Assembly: GCF_001194135.2 (NCBI RefSeq)
Contig: NC_068998.1
Coordinates: 32,884,088-32,948,087, forward strand
Source of the DNA: Octopus bimaculoides
Taxonomy: Eukaryota
Length of the DNA stretch: 64,000 bases
Direction: 5' to 3'
Shown here: positions 10,626 to 23,091 of the stretch, piece after piece
How positions within the stretch are numbered: the first letter of the stretch is position 1
Layout: each line of letters begins with the position of its first letter
Program-made: the position numbers and the translations under genes
The notes under the pieces: generated by a model
What the model saw: only the letters and a program-made list of their open reading frames with translations
Databases searched by the model: none
What the model was told of the DNA's origin: nothing

Positions 10626-13585
10626 TGTCAAGTTTTGTAATTTGCTTATTTCATCAGCACCGATATAGGAACAAGGATCAAATAGCCATAAACTACAAAT
10701 TTCTATCATGTCACTGTCAAATCATCTTTTGTAATTCGATTCTGCTGACAAACAATGCAGTTGGAAATGAAGGTAGTCACATCTCAAGACATGTTTGGCC
10801 ACTAGAATTTCATAGAAATTTTACTGAGCATTTGTTGAATACCTAAATGTGTATCATGACTGTCATGAAGTATACTGTCCCATAGTTGGTAGGGACCTAA
10901 TATTCTTGTTTGCAAATATAGAATTCTGTCTTCTATCATTTGTTGATCATGCATGCATTTAAAAAGGAGGTTGCACTTGTTTTGCAAAGTCCATTTTCTG
11001 GATATGACCATGCATTTGATTTGCTGAATATGTTTCATATTCAGTAATATTTTTCACAAAGTTGATGTATGTGGGGCCAAAGAGAATGTCACTCACTTGC
11101 TCAACTGCAAAGATAATTCCTTCGTCCATTACTTGCAATCTCAATATTGCATCAACATGAGGAATTTTAGAGCCAAAGATATGCAATATATCAAAATCAA
11201 CTGCCATTAATTGAATAGCCCATTGCCCAATTCTAGTGGAAACATTCGTAGGGATCGACATTTTTGGGTGGAAGATATATTTTAAAGGTTTATGATCGAT
11301 ATTGAGTTTGAACCTTTTAATTAGCAAGAATTGTTTGAGACAGGTAACAGCTTTGCATTTGATATTTGACCAATTAAACTCAGCAGGTGTCAATTTTCTT
11401 GACACATAGAACAGTGTTACCATTTTGTGAAAGTATTGCCACAACGCTGTTCATTGAGGCATCAGTCATCAGCTTAGTAGGTAATTTAGGATCTAATGGC
11501 ATCAACACTGGTTCTTTACATAGCTGGTCTTTAATATTCTGAAATTCAAGTTGGCACTTGTCTGTCCACTGAAAACAATTGGCAGTAGTTAGATTCTGCA
11601 TGCTAATTGTTTTCTCACTGAAATTTGAAATGAATCTCCCAAAGTGTCCTATTGTAGTTCCTCCATGTTTTTTGGCTGATTTAATGCCATGATTCTGTAA
11701 GAGAGTTCTTTTTGGGGTTTAATTCCTTTTGCCGATATCACATGGCTTAGAAATGAGATGTTTGTAGTCTTTTGAACACATTTTTCTTTGTTGACACTGA
11801 CTTGTTTCTCACATAATCTTCTAAGGATAACATTTAAATGTTTATTCAGGCTCTGTTCCATCTTAGTAAAAACGGTTATATTGTCTTGGTAGGCGATGAA
11901 ATTGTTTTAGTCCATTGAGCACTACATTCTCTATAGCATGCTACAAAATTGCAGAACTAGTTTTCATCCTCATCTGTAATCATGTAATGAAATATATCCC
12001 TCTTCTAGTATTGATGGTACAGCACCTCTGACTATTTTCATCAAACTTGATCTGCCAATATGTATCAGTTAAATCAATCTTAGCAAAGAATCTTGCACCA
12101 CTGAGCTTGCTGAACATGGTTTCTGTTTGTGGCAAAGGATAAGCTTCTGTGCATATCTTTTCATTTAGGTGAAATTTGTTGTCAGAATACATACACAGTC
12201 ATCCATTTTACTTTCTAACCCACACAACTGGAGAAGTATTGACTATACCACCCGGAGCACATTTTTTAATTACACCTTTGGCTTCCAATGCATCTATTTC
12301 TTTTGTTACATCTTCCTCAAAAATCATAGGTACGTTTCTGGGGGCACAGAATTTATCAGGCATGAGATATTAATTTAACAGAAGCTTGCACTCCTTTTTA
12401 TCAGTGGCAGAAATTACTCAATGCAGCAAATTGTTTCAGCATTGAGCAGGTCATGACCCAGTAGACCATACCTGCAGTCACCTTTAATTATTTTGAAAGT
12501 GTGGAGGAATTGCTGACCCTCTCATTTCACCGTAAGCCAAGCATCCCCAATGCATTTCATGTGGTGCCCATCGTACAGTTCATATAAAGAATCTTGCCGC
12601 GTGATCGTGACACCGATATCCTTTGCTATTATGGATGAGATAATGCTGCAGGGAGCACCCATATCATGCTTCATGTCTATCATGTGCCCACTGAGTGAGA
12701 CAAATTCAAACACAGGTTTTCCAGTGCATGACCAATAAAAGTCATGATTCCATCCTGATGACTCATCCTGTGATTATTCCTGGTGCTTTTGCAAAGTTTT
12801 TGCAGATAGCTTTTATTGCAAGGCATTTGTATTGTGGAAACCAGAGTCTTCCTCAGCAACAACTGGATTTGTCACTCAATTTCTTTTCTTTTATCTTGTA
12901 CGGTCGTTTTGGAATAGGCAATGACTTTCTCTTTTGAATTGTCATTGTAGAATTCAGATATTTGCAAAGTACATTGTAAAAATTGTACTGTAGTGTCTAA
13001 ACTGAGTTTGTTAACTTCATTAGCTTGAAGAACTTTCTCTCTTTCCTCACTACTTCTTAGACTGACAACTGAGACAGTATGAGTTTTTCACTCATTGATG
13101 TTTTAGACATTTTCGGACTTTCAAAATCACAGTATTCACTGGTGTGTTGTAGATTTAAAAGAAATTAAGAAATTAACCCATTGGGCTGTTGAATAGTGGA
13201 GAAGAATTCTATTCTTTTGGATAATATCGGTTTCTTTGAAGGAGCAACATGATTTAGAATTGAATTTTTTCGGTTATCGTAAGTCATTTTCATAATTTTC
13301 TTAGGATAATTTTCAGTACTTGTAATCCTACCAAAGAAATGAATTTCATAGCCATAAGACTTTTGTCATGATCTTGTAGGTTATCCTTTAATTTGTCCAC
13401 ATAAAATTTTGTTTTGAATGCCATGAGCCAGGTTGAGATGTCTTTCATTGACTGTAAGTTTGTATCGCCAAGAGATTTTCTTCCCTCTATCGATAACACC
13501 ATTGTCAAGTTCTTTAATTTGCTTATTTCATAAGCACCAGTATAGGAACAAGGATCAAATAGCTGTAAACTGTAAATTTCTTATT
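10626..13585 (-). mobile_element. Ty3/Gypsy LTR retrotransposon relic (gag-PR-RT-RH-INT zinc finger; integrase core missing)
   Basis: Degenerate zinc knuckle (KCLAIKAICK); protease MKHDMGAPCSIIS; RT YPLPQ..FAKIDLTDTYWQI and AYQDN; RNase H LMTDAS, DHKPL; INT H2C2 HDTHLGI...WPNMS..CIVCQ. Direct repeats of 79 bp at 10626-10704 and 13503-13581 (about 9 mismatches) start TGTCA on the + strand. A PBS-like TGGTGTTATCG lies 1 nt inside the right LTR. Confidence 0.92.
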
Positions 13586-13811
13586 TTTTTACTACCCACA
13601 AGGGGCTATACACAGAGGGGACAAACAAGGACAGACAAACAAATTAAGTCGATTATATCGACTCCAGTGCGTAACTGGTACTTATTTAATCAACCCCTGA
13701 AAGGATGAAAGGCAAAGTCGACCTTGGCGGAATTTGAACTCAGTACGTAAAGACATATGAAATACTGCTAAGCATTTCACCCAACATGCTAACATTTCTG
13801 CCAACTCACCA
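13585..13811 (-). mobile_element. tRNA-derived SINE family B at the outer end of the right Gypsy LTR
   Basis: aaggatgaaaggcaaagtcgaccttggcggaatttgaactc (reverse B-box GTTCAAATTCC) plus head ..ttctgccaactcacc. Confidence 0.9.
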
Positions 13812-13819
13812 TATTTCTA

Positions 13820-14470
13820 TTTCACCATAGTAGGAGCACAATCAACAGCAGTACATATGAGAAGGGGTAGCAACATCAATTGTGATCCTGTAGCAATGGA
13901 ATCAATTGTATGTGCCCATTTATATTAATCGTAATGTGGCAAAGCTAGCCATTTCTTCCATTTTCCCTATTATCATTTGCTGCTATTTTTATTTTCCTCT
14001 GGTAAAGCCAGCCACTTATTTGACCACTTCTGGCTGTAGATTATATAAAGAACCCCTTCGTACATGGTTTCTCTCAAACCTTCTCATCTTGCTCTGCTAT
14101 TTGACACCATCATATCATGATGCAAAATGTTCAGCAGCTAAGCTAAGAAATTTGTCTAGTTTTTAATTGTTCATCATTCTTTTCATTCATTTAACATGTA
14201 TTACTAACATGCTAATCTTCTTGAGTTGGAATAACTTTGTAACTTGTAATTCATTACTTTCTCTAATAGCTTCTAGAATCGTACCCAACCAAATAGCAGC
14301 CCATTTACTTACTTACTCAATTTAACATTGGCATATTTATATCTATATTTGCAGCTGCAGTAACACTTATATATACAATGCTTACCTTACTCTCACCCTC
14401 AGTAGAGGCAACAATTTTAACTTGTTTGAATGATGATAGGTTATGGCATGTCTAGTATCAAATGATCAAA
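13820..14470 (-). mobile_element. Highly degraded ORF relic, possibly the RT thumb/C-terminus of a divergent non-LTR element
   Basis: A single frame of about 480 bp with scattered stops: SKWAAIWLGTILEAIRESNELQVTKLFQLKKISMLV..KLDKFLSLAAEHF..FHCYRITIDVATPSHMYCC*LC. Family not recognised with certainty. Confidence 0.3.
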
Positions 14471-14479
14471 GAAACCTTC

Positions 14480-17400
14480 TTTTCAAGTGCTGTATAACAT
14501 TGCTCCTTCCCATATTCCCTCCCACATCCCTTTCCCAATTTTCAGAGTTGGCACTGTAAATGTAGGCACATTGAAATGTAGGTCTAACAAGATTGTAGAA
14601 ATGCTTGAATTGAAGCATGTTGATGTATGTTGCATACAAGAGGTAAGATGGAGAGGAGCTTCAGCCAGGTTCCTCACAGGCAAGACACATAGATATAAAA
14701 TCTTCAGGAAAGTAACAGTGACAGAGTAGGTGGTGTGGGCATACTTCTTGCAGAGAAAGAGTGGATAAGGTCATAGAGATATAGTCAGAGTGTGCAATAG
14801 AGTGCTTAAGCTCTAGCTAGTCTTGCAGAATAGTATAGTTACAATTATATCTACCTACACCTCACAAGTAGGCCTACCAAATGAACAGAAGGATCACTTT
14901 TATGATATTGATCTGCAGGCTACCTCAAAGACGAGTGACAATGGTCTCAACTTCATGGCTGGGAATTTCAATGGGCATGTCAGATGGCAGCGTGGTATCT
15001 TCCATGGTGTACATGGAGACCATGGAATTGGTTCCCGAAACGAAGAGGGAACAAGGCTACTGGAGTTTAGTGATGCAAATAACCTATTGATCTGCAACAC
15101 CAACTTCAGGAAGCCAGTCAGCCACCTTGATAACCTATCATTCAGGTGACTCTGCTGGCCAGATCGATTTCATTCTCACCAGACAGTGGGATGCATGGTT
15201 GCTCTTAGATACAATGACCCTCACTGGTGAATAACGTACCCCTCAGCATAGACTGGTATTAGCGACTTTAGAATCAAGGCCAGAAGGATGCCAAGAAGAA
15301 CATCAATCTGGGAAAGAAGGATTTGGAAGCTTAAGTACTCTTCATATGGTCAGAGATTTAGGGACATCCTAATTGAGAAATTTGATGAGAGGGAAGAGGA
15401 GCTACAAACTTGTGACATAGAGGAAAATTGGAGATTCCTGCTGGACAGCTTGCTGAGTGCCACAGACCAAATCTATGGCTGGTACAAAGTCCCTTCCAGA
15501 CCTAGGGTAACGTGGTCGTGGAACAATACTGTAGACAGGGCCTGGAAGGCTTTGAAGTGTTGGGGCAGCAGGAAACTGTATCAGTTAGCCAGAAGGGAAA
15601 CTAGGAGACTGGTTTATCTAGCCAAGGGAGAAGCAGAAATGAAGAAGTTTGCCTATGTTCAGCATCATGAGGACCAAAGAACTGAAGTATTTCAGATTGC
15701 AAGAGAGTGTGTGAGAGAAAATTGTGACACCACAGGAAAGAAATGTGTTCACATGGATGATGGTGCACTTGCTTTTAATGAGTCTGCAAAGAAAGAAGAT
15801 TGGAGATGCCATTATGAAAGACTGCTGGCCATGGAGAATGAATGGGAGGAGGAGAGTCTGCCAAATGTTGACCCAATTGAGGGATCAGCTACCTGAATCA
15901 ACAGTAGGCTGGTAGATAAAGCAATTAAGGGCATGAAAACAGGAAAAGCCCTTGGCTCAGCAGGAATCACTGCTGAGATGCTTACAATGCCTGGTGGTGT
16001 GGGTTATGGTATAGTCACCCGTATTGTAAATCAGGTGGTTCATGAAAGAGTCATACCCAATGACTGGTGTAGCAGCACCATAGTCAACTGCTACAAAGGT
16101 AAAGGTGATGCCTCAGATAGAAATAATTAGAGGTATCAAATTGTTGGATCAGATGTTGAAACTTGTGGAGAGAGTCATAACCCAGCTAATTAGGGAGTGA
16201 GTTAGTCTAGATGAGATGCAGTTTGGTTTTGTAGCAGGTAAGGACACCGCTGATGTTATATTTCTGGTATGGCAACTGCTGGAGAAATGCCTAGCCAAAG
16301 ATAAACCACTGTACTTGGCTTTTGTTGGCTTGAAGAAAGCCTTTGATAGAGGGCCTGATCCCTTATCTGGTGGTCAATGTGGAAACTAGGGATAGATAAG
16401 TGGTTGGTGAGAGCTGTACAAGCCTTGTACAGGGATGCTATCAGTAAGGTGAGGGTGGGTAATGAGTACAGTGAAGAATTCGGAGTACAAGTTGGGGTTC
16501 ACCAAGGATAGGTACTCAACTCCCTCTTGTTCATCATAATCCACCAGGTGATAACAGAGGAATTTAAGACAGGCTGACCCTGAGAACTCCTCTATGCAGA
16601 TGACCTTGCTCTAATAGCTGAATCACTACCAGAACTAGAGAAGTTCCAAGTATGGAACATGGTCTAAAACCAAAGGGCCTTAGAGTTTACCTAACAAAAA
16701 CCAAAGTAGGAAGTAAGTAAGTAGGAAGGCAAACAAATCACAAATACCTTCATGTAGATGGCCCTGCTCAATCTGTAGAAAAGGTGTAGGTAGAAACTCC
16801 ATAAGATGTACTCTGTGTAGCTTTAGTCACACAAAAGGTGCAGCAACATCAAAGGAAGGTTAACAGAGAAACCAACTTTTGTATGTGGAAGGTGCACAAG
16901 CATAATAAATGCTAAACATGTGCAGAAAATAGACTGTATCAACTGCCAGGGGAACAAGTTAATGGTTGTAGATAGCTTCCAGTATCTAGGTGACATGTTA
17001 GTAGTGGAGGTGGATGTTCCGAGAGCATAGCTGTCAGAATAAGATTAGGTTGGGCAAAGTTCAGAGAGCTTCTACTCCTGCTGGCAACAAAGGGCCTCTC
17101 TCTGAGTGAAAAGCAGATTGTTTGATGCCTGTGTGCAAACAGCTATGCTGCATGGCAATGAAACATGGGCTATAACAGCCGAGGACATGTGTTGGCTTGA
17201 AAGGAATGAAGCCAGTATGCTTCACTGGATGTACAATGTCAGTGTGCATGTTCGATAGAGTGTAAGCATCTTGATAGAAAAGTTAGGCATAAGGGGAATC
17301 AAATGTGGTGACCAAGACCTCTGGAAATATGCTGTGCTTGAGAAGAGCCCGTCAAGCCAAGTACACCTGTACTGGTGGCACATAAAGAACATTCTTTGAA

Positions 17401-17667
17401 TGTTGGGCCTCACGGAGGCAAAGTGGCTGAGTTCCTTTTGAGTGTTGGGTCTCACGGAGGCAATGACAAAGACTTGGCATTATGTCATGCTTGAGTCGAA
17501 GACCCATCAAGCCAAGCAAAACCACTGTTGTGACAGATACCAGTGTCATGCAAATTGGTACCCATGCCAGTGGCATGTAAACACACCCTGGTGTCACACA
17601 AATGGTACTTATGCTGGTGGCACGTAAAAGCACCCATCACACTCTCGTAGTGGTTAGCATTAGGAGT
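14480..17667 (+). mobile_element. Near-full-length RTE-clade LINE (APE+RT), many stops and frameshifts, lacking the terminal tail
   Basis: APE: RVGTVNVGTL..VCCIQEVRW, AGNFNGHV, ICNTNF, IDFIL, HRL. RT: MKTGKALGSAGITAEML, QFGFV, GVHQG, LYADDL, YLG. The 3' UTR ends at 17667 without (GAT)n. Confidence 0.95.
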
Positions 17668-17937
17668 TCAATACACGACAGTTATTATTGCTTCAGAGCC
17701 ACTCTTTTTGTAATAGTGTTGCACATAAATGATTTCACGTGAAAAGTTATGCAATACTCAAAAATACTTAAACTGAATTGGCATTGAATACTATTACTGT
17801 TATCATTTTATCATCATAGCCTGCCACTGTATCTGTGATTTACTACTGGCATGTATATTACTGATGTATTATTATCTATCCTGCTCGTTCAATCAAGATC
17901 TCTCTTTTATTGTTACTTATATTATTATTAGGGGTTA

Positions 17938-18165
17938 GGTGGTGAGCTGGCAGAATCATTAGCATGTCGGGCAAAATGATTAGAAACGTTTCATCTGTCT
18001 TTACATTCTGAATATAAGTTCCGTTGAGGTGGACTTTGCCTTTCATCCTTTCAGGGTCAATAAAACAAGTACCAGTTGAACATTGGAGTTGATGAGGTTG
18101 ACTTATCCCCTCCCCTGAAATTGCTGGCCTTGTGCCAAAATTTGGAATCAATATTATTATTATTA
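17938..18165 (+). mobile_element. tRNA-derived SINE family B
   Basis: Head ggtggtgagctggcagaatcattagc (A-box), degenerate B-box, ctttgcctttcatcctttc body and (ATT)n tail. Confidence 0.85.
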
Positions 18166-19410
18166 AGCATCGTACTCCCTTATTTTTATTTATTTTTGTT
18201 CATTTATATTCTTATTTTATACTTACTCTCATATTTCCTCCTTATATTAGCAACATAAAATATATATTTGTCTCACTGTGTTAAAACATGTCTGGTGAAG
18301 TACGACTGTGATACAGTAAACTGCACATATTGGATATCTTTTCACTTGAAATTACTTATGTGCAAATAAGTTAGAAATGGAATGGTACTGAAACAATTGT
18401 AACTATAATAAAGATGTGCCAAATTCCTTCTTCAACTTCTTACTCATATGTTACTCTTTGTAAGACTTTCACTCTGCTTTTACCAGTGATATACCTGGAG
18501 TTTCTACCTAGTAGTCTTCAATTATTTTCAAGGTTCCAGTTTGAGAATGTAGGCAATCAGGGTTTCAGGTTGGAAAACAAATTTTCTACTCTAACAGGAC
18601 CTACACTACACACTCACATATATACACAGGTATGCGTGCATGCACACACACACACACACACACATGCAAATGTAAGAAACATGTTATAGTGTTGCATTTT
18701 GATGAGTTACTATACAGGTGTATGTGACAATGTAGTTCAGGAATTTTTACTCATATACGCATGGTTAATGCAGCTTGTAGAAAGTTGTCTCTGTCTTTGT
18801 CCAGGACATATTAAAAGCATTCTCTACCATAAGTTAGCATCAGTTCACAGTATCTGAATTGCTATAGATACTTTTGTTGATATAAAAAAGAACGAAACAC
18901 TTAGCTACTTGTAATTTTTTACTTTAAAAACATTGCAAGGTTTAGCAGGAAAGATAGTTTGGGTGTATCATGTGATACTGTCCCTAGATATTTCATATAT
19001 CCCAAATTCTCTGCAGAAAAACATTTTTAAATTTGCAAGTAGATATGTCATATGATAGGTAACACATGATTATAACTTCAAACTCTTTGTTATCTTTAGA
19101 TCTATTTTATAATTTTAAAATTTTATAATTGTTAAAATCAATTTTTAATGATTCAGTTTTCTTCCTACATATAAACCTTGTTTCCCTTATTGCATACACT
19201 TAATTACATTTTTGTCTTGTGACATATACTTAGATATTTCAGCATATAAGTAGGATTTTTTTAGGATGCATGCAAATATTTGCTTTTACACATGAGTATG
19301 CATAATTTTCCAACTTAGTGCCTACACACATGTGTATGTCCTGTTTTGTAACTGCTTTCCAGTATTCCATATATACATTATTTTTACTGTGGTTATTCCA
19401 TAGTTAAAAT

Positions 19411-19794
19411 CTTTTTACTTTTACTTGTTTCAGTCATTACACTGTGGCCATACTGGGGTATCACCTTGAAGAGTTTTTAGTTAAATGAATAACCCCCAGT
19501 ACATATTTTTTCTATTCTATTGGCGTCTTTTGTTGAACCACTGAGTTATGGGGGACATAACACATCAAAACCAGTTGTCAAGCACTGGTAGGGGATAAAC
19601 GCAGACACAAAGACACACACACACACACACACATATATACAATGGGCTTTCAGTTTCTGTCTACTAAATCCACTCACATGGCTTTGGTTGGCCCAAGGCT
19701 ATAATAAAAGACATTTGTCCAAGGTGCCATGTAGTGAGATTGAATTCAGAATCATGTGGTTGAGAAGCAAGCTTCTTATCACACAGCCACACCT
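19411..19794 (-). mobile_element. tRNA-derived SINE family A, full length
   Basis: Head reverse complement gtgtggctgtgtgataagaagcttgc..catgattctgaattcaatc; central (CA)n; family tail. Confidence 0.85.
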
Positions 19795-20536
19795 AAATGT
19801 TCCCCCATATTTCCTTAACTTAGCTTGAAACATTCAGTAGTATAATAATTCCATTTATTTACCAAAATTTTTATTCCAATACAAATCATGTAGGCTAAAC
19901 TAATTCAGTTAAATAATATTCTTCGACTTCTAAAAGTTTTCTATTTTAGGTATATTAACTCATCATTTTCCTCTGAAACCAGGATGAGCTAGATTAATTT
20001 AATAATATTTAATTGTAGTACTTAATAATATTCTTCTGGCTTTTAAATATTCCCATTCTACAAGTCATAGACTCACCACCCTCCTCATATAATTTTCGTT
20101 ACTCTGACTAAAATTTAATATTCCTGAACTGAATGAATACTTTTATGGCAGTATAGTCAATTTTGGCTCTTTCTCTAACCATAAGATTTATTAATGTAAT
20201 AATGTTCTTCTAAATCCTAGATTTTTACTTCCCCTTTTCAAATCCAATGAATACAAGTGTTATACTATGTTTTCTGCATTAGCTCCAGGAGGCTAAACAA
20301 TTATAATAATGTTATATGACATCTACATGAAACATTCTCACTTTGTGTAACAGACAATTTTTTAATTATAACCATATTTTACCATTTTGTCGCATTCCTT
20401 AAAGCTTCTCTTGGATTTATAAAATAAGTTTTCAAAATTTACTAAATCACTTATTGTCTTATGAATATTAATGATTAATACATCAATATATGTTAACTTC
20501 TTTATCAATCAATCAGAAGTGGTTATGTTCTTTTAA

Positions 20537-20758
20537 CATTATAGCATTCAAATTTCCTTGTCAAAAATCTAATGCTTAATTATTCTCATTGTTTGAATTA
20601 ATCATGCATTATCTGACAGCATTGAGATTTTGATGATCTGAGTGTTTATTTTTAGAATGACATCGTCGGGTAGGCATGAGATATTGGATCTGGTCAGTTT
20701 GAACCTAAAACAAGCAGAATATTGTGGCTGGATACGGTTGATTTAAATGCTAAAAGGG
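20537..20758. mobile_element. piggyBac-type MITE, TTAA-flanked
   Basis: TTAA at 20533-36 and 20759-62. Right end aatgctaaaaggg is the reverse complement of CCCTTTTAGCATT; the left end is degenerate. The internal sequence is the reverse complement of the 60645-60864 copy. Confidence 0.75.
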
Positions 20759-20899
20759 TTAAAGTTGAAATTCATAACATACCCAATATAGGATTTAACA
20801 GTTTTAATTTCTTCTGTCACTCAACCCTCTTTTTTGATACATGCATTTCATTTGACTCTCCTTTGCACATTTCTTTTAATTTTGGTTTCCTTTCACTGT

Positions 20900-21750
20900 C
20901 TATTTCTTTGGATGTTTTCGGGACATGCTACATATGGTCAATATATAACTTCTTTGGAAAAAAACCCCCCATTATTTGACAGATTTTGGGTTCTTACAGT
21001 AGATGCTATGTGGACGTTTGTTTTTGAGTTAAACTTATGATGTGAGAGTTATGTTGACCATGTTGCGAACATAGTTGCGAACATTAAAATTGCATGCATT
21101 GATAATTACCTTGTATTTCTGTGCTTGGGATGTTGCTTTACTAGGTTTATAGTAACATCCAAGTTAAGTGTACAAACTGAACTAAATTGTCCTCCTTTTT
21201 CTAGTTCTCCTTAGTGTGATGTGGATGCAGTGTTTTCCATGTAATCTAGCTTAACATTGAAAAAGTTTCTTGCAAGTATATCATAATTAATGCGACCTTG
21301 TTGAAGATGCCTCTGTTTGACAATAAATTGAGAATTCTTCTACTTATAATTAACCCATCAAGTTTCTAATTATGGTTGTGATAGTGATCAGAATTGTTGA
21401 GAGTGTATATTGTGGTCTCATTTACCTTTCTACAAGAGTAAGATTCATTAGTTTATTACAGTTTCTAATTGTTAGGTTTAAGGTGATAAGTTAATATATA
21501 AAGACGGGACTTAGAGCCTTAAGCAAATAAGTGTCTACTAACCTTGAAATGGTTATAAGGGTTGGAGGAGATGTAAAGTGAACCCCCAAACAATGTTTGT
21601 CAAATTGGGAAGGATCAGCAAAGCTGGATTTATATTACGTAAGTCCCACTTTAGATAATTCCTAGAAGCTGGTTCTTTCTTGTCTGAGCTAACTAGAGTA
21701 AGCATTCTCATAACATTTAGAGTAACTTAAAACACTGAGGCTTACTAAAT
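20900..21750 (-). mobile_element. Very degenerate Penelope-like GIY-YIG region (probably the same family as 355-790)
   Basis: Fragments RNI.., YHLKPNN*KL, ESYSCRK, TEAS..RSH and SMLS*ITWK align loosely to RNI.WFNP..H N.K...CNCR...TE..FK.RY.NH...T.LSK.IWK. Confidence 0.4.
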
Positions 21751-22996
21751 GCTTTAATAAATAATGACATATATGCATGAGAATGAATGCGATAGTGTGG
21801 TGGGAAGACGTGATGCTGGTGCTGTGGAATATTGATGAGTGATAAGCTTTTTACCATTCACATTACTGGTGTGAAGCTTATTATAGATGAAAAATTATCG
21901 TATAGTTGTCAGTCTACATATGTATATACATGACATTATAGGAAGTGTGGGATATAATATATCTTCGAATGACTTAAGCAGTACAGCAGTGCAGGGCTTG
22001 AGTGCTGGTAAAATACTGATAATAGACCAGGTATTAGCCAAGTCAACAAAGCAAACACTGTTAGACAGAGAACATTTTGGTTAAGAGCATTCTTTAGTTT
22101 TTACCATTTGAACTTAACTGATGAGGTTATAGGGAAATGGAAAGTATCATGAGGAGACAGTGCAGATGCTCTTTGTTGCTGAATTCAAGGAAGAAACATA
22201 GCCTCGGAATGAGAAGTAATGGTAGTAAGAAATGACACAAAGTTATGCAGATAATGTAGAAGCTTAATGGATTATATACTGAAAGGAAGTTGTATGAGGT
22301 TATATTTTGTAGAAATTATACTTGGTTTGAATTCTTAATAATTGAAGAGTATAATACAGTAACAGTATTACAGATGCAAGCTTTATTTGATAGATTTTAA
22401 GGCTAAAAACGTCAAGAAAGAAAGAATATATAACTGTACACTTTGTTAGTAATTCTATATATAATTCTAAAGATAAAATATGTTTAAACTCATTTCTTAA
22501 AGTCAGGAATATACACAATCTCTTGCTGATTGAAACACACGATTAGAAGTTATATATTAGTTATACACATCAACCAACTATTGGTAAGCTGCCATTTAAT
22601 TATAATAAATGTGTATCTAAGTTAAATATGGAAAGCTGAAAGGAGATTTGTCAGCAATCATGTGACAGTTGAAGTTGTTGCTACAAGTTTTTGCAACACA
22701 TTTATACCATTGACTTACACGTTATCATTGACAGAAACTTAAGAAATATTGGAAGCAAAGAAGAAAAATATTGTATTGGATTCAGAGGATAGTTCCAGTG
22801 ATAAACTAAATGGTTAAAGAGCAGATACCCAGGAAGAATAAAACCAGAAGTTAACTGCTGTAATTAAAGAAAGAATTAAAAATATCTGACTTTTGAAAAA
22901 GATTCAAAAATGCAAAGCAAGTTAGACGATACTTAAGAGAGATTAATGAAATATATTCTGGAGTTGGCAGGTAAGGGGGCAGTAATTTCGTGATTA

Positions 22997-23082
22997 TCTT
23001 TTGTCTTTTACTTATTTCAGTCATTAGACTGTGGCCATGTTGAAGCACTGTCTTGAAGAATTTTTAGTTAAATGAATCAACC
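22997..23082 (-). mobile_element. SINE family A tail fragment abutting the RTE 5' junction
   Basis: cttatttcagtcattagactgtggccatgttgaagcac..gaatcaacc. Confidence 0.75.
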
Positions 23083-23091
23083 TCTGCACTA

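Noticed and set aside
22118-22147. CTGATGA...GAAA hammerhead core
   Set aside because: No complementary stem II or stem I could be formed.
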